Below, in pieces: positions 1 to 9,633 of a DNA stretch of 64,000 nucleotides. The notes under the pieces were generated by a model that worked only from the letters and a program-made list of their open reading frames with translations, had not been told where the DNA came from and did no database searches. Position 1 is the stretch's first letter, and each line of letters opens with the position of its first letter. A program made the position numbers and the translations under genes. The DNA comes from a virus (lineage: Duplodnaviria > Caudoviricetes). Location of the stretch: positions 64,001-128,000 of the IMG/VR virus record IMGVR_UViG_3300029288_004596. One strand, given 5' to 3'.

Positions 1-429
1 AGGCACTATCTTTGATATAGCATCAATTACTCTAGTGTGTGCCTGCCAGCGAGCTTTAGTGGAAGGTGGAATACATCCTATAGTCCTATTGTATCTACAC
101 TTCCTATAAGGAGTTTTTCTTCTTCTTCTACTTCTTCTTAGAATACTTCGTAGTTTTACTGCATCCTTGACCCACCATGGTGTGTTCAACTGAATGTTTA
201 AAACTACCTTTGTTTCAGTAGCCACAGTAACTCCTGTTCTTTTGCTGCCAGGATCAATCCCTATGACTACATCTCTTGTAGCTCTTGATGATGGCTCCTT
301 CTGTAGTATTATGCAGAAGATGCCTTTGTGCCAGTAGGCTTTAGCTTCCTTCTTTTCCATTAGTTTCCTAGCCCTCTTCTCAGAGCATGGCATCAATGGT
401 TGTTTGTTTGAGTCTAATACAGGAACCAA
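1..429 (-). CDS. IscB/IsrB-family (OMEGA, IS200/IS605) RNA-guided RuvC nuclease, N-terminal part; runs off the window edge
   Basis: Not in the ORF track. My translation from TTG at 429 (AAGGAG RBS at 440-435) is MVPVLDSNKQPLMPCSEKRARKLM...VVIGIDPGSKRTG...LRRSRRRRKTPYRKCRYNR...PPSTKARWQ. It shows the PLMP motif, RuvC-I GIDPG and an Arg-rich bridge helix. The RKTP/PPSTKARW pattern looks more like IsrB, but the HNH region is outside the window. Confidence 0.9.
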   Translation of the reverse strand, partial: MVPVLDSNKQPLMPCSEKRARKLMEKKEAKAYWHKGIFCIILQKEPSSRATRDVVIGIDPGSKRTGVTVATETKVVLNIQLNTPWWVKDAVKLRSILRRSRRRRKTPYRKCRYNRTIGCIPPSTKARWQAHTRVIDAISKIVP

Positions 430-444
430 AGTGTCTCCTTAGTT

Positions 445-659
445 TGGGTTTACACCCCTTGTTAAAATCGCTTCGACTGTCGGGAAACTCATTGAAAGAA
501 GGCTAGCGAAACACCCTCTATGTGCAGTGTAACCTTTCGATGTTACTACATCCCTTACATTGCCTCTAAGGCCAGTCTAGTCAACATGTTACCCTTGGAA
601 CTCGCAGCTCGTTAAGCTCTAGGTCCCAAGCCCTTAGCTTTAACTATAGGGTTTACGAC
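445..659 (-). ncRNA. putative omegaRNA scaffold of the IscB/IsrB gene
   Basis: About 215 nt of non-coding sequence directly upstream of the PLMP gene. It begins GTCGTAAACCC...TAAAG..AAGGGCTTG, resembling the usual omegaRNA 5' hairpin, and contains GTTGACTAGAC, GTAAC-ATCGAAAG-GTTAC and GGGTGTTTCGCTAGCC. Boundaries are approximate. Confidence 0.75.
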
Positions 660-714
660 TCCTTGATTGTCTACTCTAGCTTAAATCCTTAGCAATAGCT
701 ATAGGGTTTATGAC
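628..714 (-). repeat. two imperfect 32-nt direct repeats (714-683 and 659-628) separated by a 23-nt spacer
   Basis: GTCATAAACCCTATAGCTATTGCTAAGGATTT versus GTCGTAAACCCTATAGTTAAAGCTAAGGGCTT (26/32 identical). The spacer is AAGCTAGAGTAGACAATCAAGGA. Confidence 0.8.
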
Positions 715-716
715 AC

Positions 717-1190
717 CTAGTCAATGTATCCTGTGGCTAGCCCTGAGGCTACCATCTCCTCTGAACCTATGTATCTTCCACTCTCCACCAGTTCCTTATA
801 CTTCTCTACTGGTATGTCTGTGTTGCCTGTGATAAATCTTTCCAGCACTGAGTCGTCAATCTTCAATCCCTCAGCCGCTATCTGCAGTTCCTTGTAACTC
901 CTCCAGGAAGAGCACTGTTCTGTGATATTATGAAACAGGAAGGTGGCGTACTTGCTTACCAACCTGTTCTTTCCAGCCGCGAATATCATTGTGGCGCTTG
1001 AAGCCACATATCCTAGTCCCACAGTGTCTGCGTTTCTCATCTTAAGAGCAGTGGCTATTCCCATAGCTGCGGGGACTTCTCCTCCTGAACAGGATATCCA
1101 GACAGTGATGTCTTCTTCAGCATCCAGTATCTCCTTGATAATGCTGTCAGCTACATCCGAATCAATCTTTGTGACTATGATATTTACCAT
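717..1190 (-). CDS. ClpP-like (S14/S49) protease
   Basis: ISCSGGEV, GYVASSATMIFAAG (catalytic Ser region), NRLVSKYATFLFH (catalytic His) and a C-terminal GLATGYI follow the ClpP layout. Confidence 0.8.
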   Translation of the reverse strand: MVNIIVTKIDSDVADSIIKEILDAEEDITVWISCSGGEVPAAMGIATALKMRNADTVGLGYVASSATMIFAAGKNRLVSKYATFLFHNITEQCSSWRSYKELQIAAEGLKIDDSVLERFITGNTDIPVEKYKELVESGRYIGSEEMVASGLATGYID

Positions 1191-2068
1191 GTAACCCCCA
1201 AGTCTTTTGATAGTCTGTATCTTGTAGTCTGGCTTAGAGCTTCCACAAACTGTGGATGGCTTGCTGGGATAAGTGTAGATCTCCTGTGTCCACAGTATCT
1301 CCAGTGAAGGTTTTCCATGTCCTCAAATACCTCTATGGTCAGTTTCTTTTCTGAGGCTGCAGAGTATATGGCTGGAGAAGTGAATCCTATAGATCCTATG
1401 CAGTTAGGATGCTGCACAGCTCCAACAGAAAATAGGATATCTTCGCTGTCTTCTACAATACTATACATAGGAGGGAGATTATCTCTGGTCACTCCCATGC
1501 TTTTCAGCCTCTCAGCTCCAGCTAGAACTATAAACTTCTGGCTGGATTCCTTCTTGTAGTTCTCATAGAGTTTCTCCCTGACATAGCTTTTGTTTACAGT
1601 TATAGTGTCTATTAGATAGTCTTCTGGCATGGTGTCTATGGGAAGTTCTGTGGCAAAGGTTATGATCTCGCAGTAACCTTTGACTAGGTTCCATTCTGGG
1701 GGAGCATTGGGATCCAGTCTGGGGTAGAAGTCAGGTTTTTGCACCTGCTCTTCCAGGATTCCATTGGCCTTGGCTATTTCTTTTACCCTCTTGTCTATTT
1801 CCTCTTTTGTTCTTCGCCTGGTCAAAAACTCCATTTCCTTGGTTTTGTTTACATCAGCTTCAAGTCTTATGGCATACTTGTAGTCTGTGTTGGCTGGCAG
1901 TACAGCTGTACTTTTATCCACAAACCAGGCCTTGCTCCCGTAGTTCCTCTGGTGTTCATTGTTTGTGACTAGTATCTGAGTTTCATCATAGAAGTCCTTA
2001 TACAGTTCCATGGCCTTACATGCCGCCATAAAGTCTGTATTGTCCCCTTCAAAGATGTAAGTGATCAT
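1184..2068 (-). CDS. hypothetical protein, possibly remote glycosyltransferase family 9-like
   Basis: Start moved to MITYIF (2068) on the basis of the RBS. C-terminal IGFTSPAIYSAASEKKLTIEVF loosely resembles GT9 IGNDSGPxHxAAAxxxPxxxLF. Confidence 0.45.
   Translation of the reverse strand: MITYIFEGDNTDFMAACKAMELYKDFYDETQILVTNNEHQRNYGSKAWFVDKSTAVLPANTDYKYAIRLEADVNKTKEMEFLTRRRTKEEIDKRVKEIAKANGILEEQVQKPDFYPRLDPNAPPEWNLVKGYCEIITFATELPIDTMPEDYLIDTITVNKSYVREKLYENYKKESSQKFIVLAGAERLKSMGVTRDNLPPMYSIVEDSEDILFSVGAVQHPNCIGSIGFTSPAIYSAASEKKLTIEVFEDMENLHWRYCGHRRSTLIPASHPQFVEALSQTTRYRLSKDLGVTW
1899..1912. repeat. dispersed palindrome AGTACAGCTGTACT
   Basis: Perfect copy inside a CDS (encodes STAVL). Confidence 0.8.
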
Positions 2069-2352
2069 TTCCTTCTCCTGCTTGAGGGAACCCAGACCCA
2101 TAGAGTAGACCCAATAGAAATGTGTTCTTTCAGGGTTATTTGGTATTCGCAGTCAAACTCTTCTATAGTGTATAGGTTGGGGAATAGAAGTCTCCCCTCA
2201 GGTCTAACAAACACCAGACAGTTGTTCTTCTCTATTTCTCTTTCCCTGAGTTCTTCAGAGACTCTGGTTATAGCTGTGAGAGCTTCGTTTTTGTCAAAGT
2301 CCACAAGCTTGAATGTGTTGTCAGATATCTTGTAAGTTAGTATCCCTGGCAT
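2065..2352 (-). CDS. hypothetical protein
   Basis: Operon-coupled ORF that overlaps both neighbours and has an RBS. Confidence 0.6.
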   Translation of the reverse strand: MPGILTYKISDNTFKLVDFDKNEALTAITRVSEELREREIEKNNCLVFVRPEGRLLFPNLYTIEEFDCEYQITLKEHISIGSTLWVWVPSSRRRK

Positions 2353-3467
2353 TATAACCTCCTTCCCGTCAGTTCAGAAGTGTAGTTGGCGCAGTAACTG
2401 CCATCTAGATTTATTCCCATAATCACGTTCCCTGGCAGCGCCGGGGAGTAATCCATTCTATAGGCATAGGTGTCTAACCAGTCCATAAAGGACCCGGCAA
2501 TTATGTTGTAGCATATCCACTGTTCCTCGCACTTCTTCTGAGAGTTCATTATAGTGAAGGGTTCCCTGTATATGTTGGGACAGTGAACATGACCTGAGAT
2601 GTTGAAGTGTATAAACCCAGGATTTCCTACCTTTGTCATGGCGGCCCTCTGAATGCCAGTAGGAGTGGAAGGGCACCTTAGCCCATGTCTAGCCATGAAT
2701 TCCCAGGAGTGTGCCCCAGCGGAAACCATAAATCTAACTGATCCATCAAAGGATTCTATCTTGAGTTCTCTGGCTATCAGTTTGTTTATATTCTGTCCAG
2801 AGCCTTTTCTGGTGCGGTTTTCATGGTTTCCTGGGAGAGTGAATAGTATCTTGTGGGAGATGGGAGCGAGGAGTTCAAGGAGGTCATCCACCTGCACATC
2901 TGGGGGTTTTATAGTGTCGTAACACATCCCCCTCCCATCCTCCATAGCGTTCTCCATGATATCTCCTCCAATGAAGGTAGACACATTTGGGGTGTTCTTT
3001 ATAAAGTCTATGTGCTGCAGGAACTCATCATACTTGTGTCCTCTATGTCCATAGTGCACATCATAAAGAGGCAGGAAATAATAGGTGTCATCCACAAAAC
3101 AACTCTCAGGAAGATCTACAAACAGGGATCTCTGAAGGCCTCCTTGTTCCGCTAATGGTCTGTGGGTTACAAACTCTGTGGACTTGACGCTTGTAGGCAC
3201 CAACTGATATGTGGTTACATCCTTGGATACCTTGGCTATGTGGCTTCCTTTGTACTCCTTATCGAGCACTGACTGATACTTGGGGCCGAACTTTTTCTCT
3301 AACTCTACCACTGTTCTTGGCTTGGTGAGGAACCCTATAGGTGTATCGGGCAGCTCCTTCATCTCTGTGGCGAAAGTGTGCACTCCTAAGTGCGTTAGTC
3401 CTAATTCCTCTGCTATCACATCGTAAGGTTTGCCTGAAAGGATTGCCTCTTCAAGGCTTCTTGTCAT
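2352..3467 (-). CDS. calcineurin-like metallophosphoesterase with N-terminal HTH-like segment
   Basis: Motifs DVHYG, GGDIMEN, GNHENR, RHG and SGHVH. Likely start MTRSLEE at 3467 after GGAGG. Confidence 0.85.
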   Translation of the reverse strand: MTRSLEEAILSGKPYDVIAEELGLTHLGVHTFATEMKELPDTPIGFLTKPRTVVELEKKFGPKYQSVLDKEYKGSHIAKVSKDVTTYQLVPTSVKSTEFVTHRPLAEQGGLQRSLFVDLPESCFVDDTYYFLPLYDVHYGHRGHKYDEFLQHIDFIKNTPNVSTFIGGDIMENAMEDGRGMCYDTIKPPDVQVDDLLELLAPISHKILFTLPGNHENRTRKGSGQNINKLIARELKIESFDGSVRFMVSAGAHSWEFMARHGLRCPSTPTGIQRAAMTKVGNPGFIHFNISGHVHCPNIYREPFTIMNSQKKCEEQWICYNIIAGSFMDWLDTYAYRMDYSPALPGNVIMGINLDGSYCANYTSELTGRRL

Positions 3468-3504
3468 CTTATGTCCTCCGTGTGGATTTATTATTATAAG
3501 TGTA

Positions 3505-6500
3505 TCAATAACTTCGTAGTGCGTCAAGCAAATCCTGCTCCCTTTTCTGCTTGATGGCTAAGTCCACATTAAGTTCATCATTGTTAAGGTTAGCGTCTTC
3601 ATTTGTGGCTATCACAATTCTCAGATTCTTAAGGCCCCTGCCAGAAAGTATCTTGTTTATCCTATCACTTATATCGCTGGAACTGCCGTATACTGTGGGA
3701 GTGTCTATGTTCTGGGTGTTCTGTTTGGCTTCATATATCTGAGAAGGATAGATACCAAAGTCCATTGGGTCCATTCCTTCTTCCACTATAGCCTTAGCCT
3801 TGATGTCATCCAAGTTCAGTCCCGGGCTCCATCCCTTCCAGTCCTTATCTGGCAGGGTATGGGTTTTGAAGTACTCTCTCAGCAACTTTCTCTGTGGAAG
3901 TCTCTTAGGGTCAATGCCCATGTAAGGTCCTATCAGTCTCTTCTGATAGTCAGGCATGAGCTTAAAGGCTTTCTCCCTCTCCTCAGGAGTAGACTGTGTT
4001 AGAAAGCCCTGTATGAACTCTCTTTCATACTTGGGGAATGCCGCCATCACATTTAGGAGAGGACCTCCAGGCATAGCCCCGTACATAGTAGCCGCATATT
4101 TATCTCTGTACAGCATAGCCTGATTGGTTAGTGGACCTAAGGCCAAAGTCTGCTTTCTCTCAGCCAGATTCTGTATTTCTTGTCTTATGCGCAGCTCTTC
4201 AGGAGTTCCTTTCTTGCCCTTCCTGAGTAGTTGCTGCCTTTGCTGTCTGAGCTTAGTGAGCTTTTCTTTTCTCCACTTCCCAAGGTTATTGTATCTGCTG
4301 TAGAGTCTGTCTACATCCACCCCTTCTTTTTCCTTGGCGAGTTCAGCAGTCCTTGCATATAAGGCTCTGTACTTCATGTACTTCAGTATATCAAAGTACT
4401 CTTCTATGTCTCTTCTCTTCTGGGTTCTCTTTGGCACCCACATATCATCAGTGTTATCCAGGACTCCCTGTCTTATGAGGGATAGTCCTGCTCCAGCCAG
4501 GGCTCCCCAGCCAGCGGCTTTCCATCTAAGATTTCTCTGGGAGAAGAAGAAACTGGAAAATAATCCAGCTCCAGCCGCTGCTCCTAAAATGCCTCTACCC
4601 ATGAAGGATGTGATAGAAGGATTTATAAACGATGAATAAGGAGCCTCCCACCTTGCGCTTCTGGATCCATAAGTCTGTCTCTCATATTCCTCATAAGGGG
4701 ACTTGACGTCAAGAAACTTTGTGTTTAGGATAGACCGCATGTGAGCCATGGATTCCCACTTGGCTCCCTTGCTTATTTCAATAGCTGAGAACCTGGCCCA
4801 TACTCCAGCCGCAGTCCACTCATTCTTCTCAGTTCCCACTCCACTTTCCAGGAGTTCTCTGTTTATATTCTTTCCATTCTTTATGATGACAGCATGCTGA
4901 GTTCCCAGGACATCATCTGAGTATCTGTTCTGCGGGTCTGCATTCACAAGAACTTTTATCACACTGCCCTTGTGCACTCCAAACTGGCTGAATAAATACT
5001 CAGCTGGCGTCATGTTTCCTTCAGGGGCACCATAAGCGTCAGTGATTCTCTCTATAGAGTTCCTTATCCCAGCTAATCTTAGAGGATGCTCATCTCCATA
5101 CACTGATATGGTGTTGGCGTCTATGATATCTTTTACTATGTATCTGTGGGTTTCTACATCAGCGTACTTGAATCTGTAGGGGTAGAAGTTATATCTTCTT
5201 TTCTGAAGAGTAGCCCTGTGCTTTGCCGCCTGCACTCTCTCATTCTCATTCTCTGTGAGCTGATCATTGTTAGCCATCTGATCCTTGAGGGCCAGGTATT
5301 CCATGGACCAGGGACTGGTATCGGCCAAGATCTCAAACCTGGTAACTGGATCATACAGAGTGGCTCTAGACACCTCTCCCCTTTCCACCATTCCCCTTAT
5401 GTCTTCTCTGGCCGCTTCCACTTTAGCTATGGTCTGGTTGAGCAGACTCTTGGAGAAGTCCACATTTATGAGCCTCACCTGATTAGGATCGTCCCTGTTC
5501 ACATAGGCTAGCATTCCTTTGTGTATTCCTGACTCATAGAGATAGAAGTTTAACTGTTCCATGTGCTCCTGGAAAGGCTGCCCTAAAGCAAACCTCTTGG
5601 CAGACATGGTCTTTATCTCAGCCACCACGTCTCCCTGCCCCATGTTCAGTATAGCATCCATGTGCCCTGTAATCCCAAGGGCTGGATCAAAGATCTCCAG
5701 TTCCTTACCCTTGAGGATTCCCATGTTATTCCACTTCCTCTGGATAGCTTTATGGGAAGCTGTGCCTTCTTCCATGACTCTTTCAGAGTAGGCTGAAGAA
5801 CCCTCATCATATCCCAGCATTTCCAGGATGAGTTGTTCTTTAGTCCTGCCAAGGGAAGAGGCCCTGGTCTGCATGAGTCTATTTCTATGGACTCTCTCAT
5901 AGGCTTCTCCTGGAAGTCTGACAAGTCCATTCTCTACCTTTGTATAAGGATCTCCTTCCTGGAAGTTAAGGAAGTAGTCTGACCCTGGCATAAAGGAGTA
6001 TTGCATGGAGTTGGGGACTGGATTGTAGCGCTCCACATTCCTAAGTTTGTGGGGCATAAACCTTCGGCCTATTTCTGAGAGTTCTCCCCCAAGACCTCCT
6101 AGGTTAGCATTCCAAAAGCGCTGCTCATAGGAGTAGGCTTCTCCTGTGTCCGCTATTACAGGACCAGTTCTCTGACCAAATGGAATTGAGGTTGCCCAGC
6201 CATAGAGACCAGTGTATTCCCTGGCTAAATATCCAGCCATCTCCATATCCGAGATGGTCCTCATATCCTCCAGGTCTTCTTCTGTGAACCCACCTGTCTG
6301 TTCAGCTAGTCTCTGCATCCTTGAAGGAGTTAGCCCAGCCCCTGTAGCCTTGAGGTTCCTGTTGATCCTCTCTATCTCCCACTTAGCCAGTCCCTTTATA
6401 TTGTTTCCTTTATCTCTGGTTCCTAAGTGAGAGGTATCTGTATCTATTTCCCCTATCTGTTCAGCGGCTATCCCTCCAGCTGGATTTACTGTGGCTATAG

Positions 6501-9500
6501 AACCTGCGGCTACTACTGTGTAAGGATCTCCTCCACCGCCAGTTCCCCCTCCCTTGAGGGACATGTTTATAGCTCTTATCCCTTCCTTGGCCTGGGTCTT
6601 GCCCATGTTCTCCGGGAGATATTCTGGGTATAGAACTCTTTCAGGTTTGAAGATCCTGCCTATAGTAGAGTTGACTAGTGGTCCCCATAGGGTTTCTCGA
6701 GTGGCTATTGGGCCGGACACTACATAAGGTCTGTCTGGGTTGTCCCCCATGGAGTGGCGCTGTTCCCACCACATAGGGTCTAGGAATCTCATCACTGGAG
6801 CTAAGGGGTGCCGGGGGGTAGGCAGCAGAGAGTGAGCCCAGTAAGCGTCTGACCTCATGTCAGCATTCTCAGCGTCCTGCCAGTTGGAGTAGGCCAGCTG
6901 ATATGGATCTGGCATGTAGTATTTTATCTTGTCCCCATAGATAGGCGATCTTGAGCCAAATAGCCACAGCCTTCCTCTCCTTACCGGGACATATCCTGAT
7001 TCTAACTGTTTTTTGGTATCCTCTGGAGTGGTGCCTGCAAGATAATTATCCATGCCTGGGTGGAGTTCATTGTATCTCTCCCAGTCATTGAGGTGTGAGA
7101 AGGCTATCTTGGCGTTGGCTCTTACATTGGCCTTTAGTTCATTAGGGGAGGTTCCAAAGAGGTTCTCTGATTCCCAGTTCACATAGTTCCAGGCTTCTAT
7201 TCCTAGTACAGCCGGTACTATTCTCTGCATTATCAGACCCCTGAGGATCTTGCCTCCAGAACCCATGGCCTCAGGTCCGAGTCCTAATCCGAAAGCTTCC
7301 AGAGGTTTATTGAGTCTTGAGTTGAAGAAGTACCAGGTGAGAGCTGACCTGGTCATATCCTCAGGATCATCCACTCCCCTCCATAGGGCAGTGGTATACT
7401 GTTTTATAGCTGTAGAGCCTGTGATATTGCTCAGGACATCAAAGAAGTTTCCTCCGTTTTGCCAGGCTCTGTTTATAGACTCTAGTATTGACTGGTGCTC
7501 TTTTATAAAAAGTCTCTGAGGACCATTGCTTATCTCAGGATTCCAAGTATCCCAATACCCGAGCTTGGCATCTACCATTGCTTCAGCAGTTAATCTTATG
7601 TCTTCTGAGATATGTTGCGAACCTACCAGTCCTTGATACGCTCCTCTAGCTCCTGATATTCCTGTCAGCTGATCTCCCAATAGATAACCATATCTGACAG
7701 CTAAGGCGTCTCTCGATTCATTGATAGGCACATCCAAGTTTACTATGATATCTTCGATTCCTCTTCCCAGCTGACCAGGACCACCTAGGTTTATATTTCT
7801 CAGAACCTCTTCTTTTATAAATTTCCTGGCAGTGTCATAGCCAGTGAGAGGTTCTTCTTTCCCAAGGAACATATCCACTAGAGGATTCACCGAGTTTCTA
7901 GCAGTCTTCTTCCCCAGGGTTCTGGCTGGGTCCCTGTCAAACTCCTCAAGGAAGTATCTGAACTCATCTGACCTTATAGCTTTTCTGTCTACATTTAATA
8001 GATAATGCAGTAGATGGCTGTTGGAATCCAGGTTATTGGCAGCTACCCTGAGATCTATAGGGAGATAGCCCCCATTGGCCGTCACATCATCTAGGATTCC
8101 TTCCAGGACATTCTGAGATATATTGCCTTCCTTTTTCAGGAAGTTTACCACAGACCTTATGGATTCTATATTTCTTACAGGATCAAAGTCTGGGTTGTTG
8201 TATATATCGTTTAACGCAGCGGCTGGGTAAGTGGAACCTGGATTCATCTTGGCGAATATGGATTTTACTTTCCCAAACCATGACTGCTCTCTTTGATTGA
8301 GTTGCAGAGTTCCTCTAGTCCCACCATGTCCAAATCCCAGCGCTCCTCTGACTCCTCCGGTCTTAGGGGTGTCAAGATAGTCTGTGAGGTTCTTGTAGAT
8401 GTCTTCCACAAATCCGCTATCCGCAGTTAAAGAAGTGTAGCCTTTGCCCAGTTCTCCTATAGAAGCGTTGCCCAGTTCTGAGAACCTGGAACCTATAAGA
8501 GTGTTGCCAGCTATAGTCAGGTCCTGCCCCTGAGCCGCCAGGTGCCTAGTGAGAGGCTGTCTAGCCACAGCGTTCTGGTGGATAATATCAAAGGTTCTCC
8601 CAGTTCCTCCTTTTAGCCAGCCAAAGAACTGAGTTGGGGAGAAACCTTCCAGGTATGGGAGCACTGGGATCTGCATGTTCTGGTCTACCCAGTCTATAGC
8701 TCTTCCTAGAGTTTCCTTGAAACCTCTCAGGTCTCTGACAGTTCCTTTTTCATCCATCCAGATCTGCCCTACAGCAGTGGAGTTTATTATATCCTGAAGA
8801 CCTTCTCTGTGCCCTGATAAACTCAGGGAGGCTCTTAATCTCGCTGAGGATTCCTGAGCCTGCCTCACCACATCTGCTGAGAACCTGTCTCTATTGGAGA
8901 GCACGTCATTGACAGTGACTCTTCTAGCTCCCAGCTGCTCCATGAGAGCGTCCATGTAAGTGGGGCCTCTCCCAGCAGCCATGTTGCTAGCTTTGGCCTT
9001 GGTGACGACTCTTCTTTGCAGAGCGTCTATAAACGCTTCCGCATGGACTTCTCTGGCTCTCTGCAACTGGGCTCTAAGATTATCTGACAGAGGAAAATCT
9101 TTATTGAACAGGGTTGTCAGATTGCTTTGGTCAAAAGCTCTTTCCAGATTCTTCTGGATCTCCGGTATGTTTCCTCCAACTGAGGCCACGAAATCCCTGT
9201 AAGCGTCTTCCTGAATGACGGAACTTCTAAGGGTTCCTCCATGCAGCCACTGGTTTATTCTTGAAGAAGGAGCCACTCCCCTATTGTATCCCAGGAGCAG
9301 GTCCACCTGTTCTCTGGAGAACACTCCTGTGGCTCTGAACCTCTCTTCAGCCACCTGCTGTCTCAGCCTCAGAGGCAGAGTCTCTGACATAGCCGCTCTT
9401 ATCTCATTGGATAAGTTGGTTATGGAGAGGTTTCCTAGCTTCTCGGAACCGGTGGCGAACTTAGACACAAAGCGTTCTACGCCATTTATGATGTAGCCGC

Positions 9501-9600
9501 CAAGCTTCTTCCTGTTAACCACAGCGGCGGATATCGCCCCTATGCTAGCAGCCCCTATTAAGAACCTTCTAGTTCCTTTTCTGTCTTCGTAGTTGTCCAT
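3505..9600 (-). CDS. giant tail-associated protein at the tape-measure position, with embedded PD-(D/E)XK (Cas4/RecB-like) and SNase-like domains
   Basis: 2,031 aa, directly after the tube paralogues and two chaperones. Contains GTASHKAIQ...GHMDAIL...AEIKTM...QLNFY and KDIIDANT...LRLAGIR...NINRELLESG, plus Gly/Ala-rich hydrophobic segments. Confidence 0.7.
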   Translation of the reverse strand: MDNYEDRKGTRRFLIGAASIGAISAAVVNRKKLGGYIINGVERFVSKFATGSEKLGNLSITNLSNEIRAAMSETLPLRLRQQVAEERFRATGVFSREQVDLLLGYNRGVAPSSRINQWLHGGTLRSSVIQEDAYRDFVASVGGNIPEIQKNLERAFDQSNLTTLFNKDFPLSDNLRAQLQRAREVHAEAFIDALQRRVVTKAKASNMAAGRGPTYMDALMEQLGARRVTVNDVLSNRDRFSADVVRQAQESSARLRASLSLSGHREGLQDIINSTAVGQIWMDEKGTVRDLRGFKETLGRAIDWVDQNMQIPVLPYLEGFSPTQFFGWLKGGTGRTFDIIHQNAVARQPLTRHLAAQGQDLTIAGNTLIGSRFSELGNASIGELGKGYTSLTADSGFVEDIYKNLTDYLDTPKTGGVRGALGFGHGGTRGTLQLNQREQSWFGKVKSIFAKMNPGSTYPAAALNDIYNNPDFDPVRNIESIRSVVNFLKKEGNISQNVLEGILDDVTANGGYLPIDLRVAANNLDSNSHLLHYLLNVDRKAIRSDEFRYFLEEFDRDPARTLGKKTARNSVNPLVDMFLGKEEPLTGYDTARKFIKEEVLRNINLGGPGQLGRGIEDIIVNLDVPINESRDALAVRYGYLLGDQLTGISGARGAYQGLVGSQHISEDIRLTAEAMVDAKLGYWDTWNPEISNGPQRLFIKEHQSILESINRAWQNGGNFFDVLSNITGSTAIKQYTTALWRGVDDPEDMTRSALTWYFFNSRLNKPLEAFGLGLGPEAMGSGGKILRGLIMQRIVPAVLGIEAWNYVNWESENLFGTSPNELKANVRANAKIAFSHLNDWERYNELHPGMDNYLAGTTPEDTKKQLESGYVPVRRGRLWLFGSRSPIYGDKIKYYMPDPYQLAYSNWQDAENADMRSDAYWAHSLLPTPRHPLAPVMRFLDPMWWEQRHSMGDNPDRPYVVSGPIATRETLWGPLVNSTIGRIFKPERVLYPEYLPENMGKTQAKEGIRAINMSLKGGGTGGGGDPYTVVAAGSIATVNPAGGIAAEQIGEIDTDTSHLGTRDKGNNIKGLAKWEIERINRNLKATGAGLTPSRMQRLAEQTGGFTEEDLEDMRTISDMEMAGYLAREYTGLYGWATSIPFGQRTGPVIADTGEAYSYEQRFWNANLGGLGGELSEIGRRFMPHKLRNVERYNPVPNSMQYSFMPGSDYFLNFQEGDPYTKVENGLVRLPGEAYERVHRNRLMQTRASSLGRTKEQLILEMLGYDEGSSAYSERVMEEGTASHKAIQRKWNNMGILKGKELEIFDPALGITGHMDAILNMGQGDVVAEIKTMSAKRFALGQPFQEHMEQLNFYLYESGIHKGMLAYVNRDDPNQVRLINVDFSKSLLNQTIAKVEAAREDIRGMVERGEVSRATLYDPVTRFEILADTSPWSMEYLALKDQMANNDQLTENENERVQAAKHRATLQKRRYNFYPYRFKYADVETHRYIVKDIIDANTISVYGDEHPLRLAGIRNSIERITDAYGAPEGNMTPAEYLFSQFGVHKGSVIKVLVNADPQNRYSDDVLGTQHAVIIKNGKNINRELLESGVGTEKNEWTAAGVWARFSAIEISKGAKWESMAHMRSILNTKFLDVKSPYEEYERQTYGSRSARWEAPYSSFINPSITSFMGRGILGAAAGAGLFSSFFFSQRNLRWKAAGWGALAGAGLSLIRQGVLDNTDDMWVPKRTQKRRDIEEYFDILKYMKYRALYARTAELAKEKEGVDVDRLYSRYNNLGKWRKEKLTKLRQQRQQLLRKGKKGTPEELRIRQEIQNLAERKQTLALGPLTNQAMLYRDKYAATMYGAMPGGPLLNVMAAFPKYEREFIQGFLTQSTPEEREKAFKLMPDYQKRLIGPYMGIDPKRLPQRKLLREYFKTHTLPDKDWKGWSPGLNLDDIKAKAIVEEGMDPMDFGIYPSQIYEAKQNTQNIDTPTVYGSSSDISDRINKILSGRGLKNLRIVIATNEDANLNNDELNVDLAIKQKREQDLLDALRSY
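7205..7219. repeat. dispersed palindrome variant AGTACAGCCGGTACT
   Basis: One mismatch; inside the giant tail gene. Confidence 0.6.
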
Positions 9601-9633
9601 AATAAAAAAAAGCCCTCCTCTATGGGAGAGCTA
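9601..9633 (-). terminator. intrinsic terminator overlapping the RBS of the giant tail gene
   Basis: AGCTCTCC-CATAGA-GGAGGGCT followed by a T-run, then ATT ATG. Confidence 0.6.

Noticed and set aside
628-714. CRISPR array
   Set aside because: Only two degenerate repeats and no cas genes; reported as an omegaRNA 5' duplication instead.
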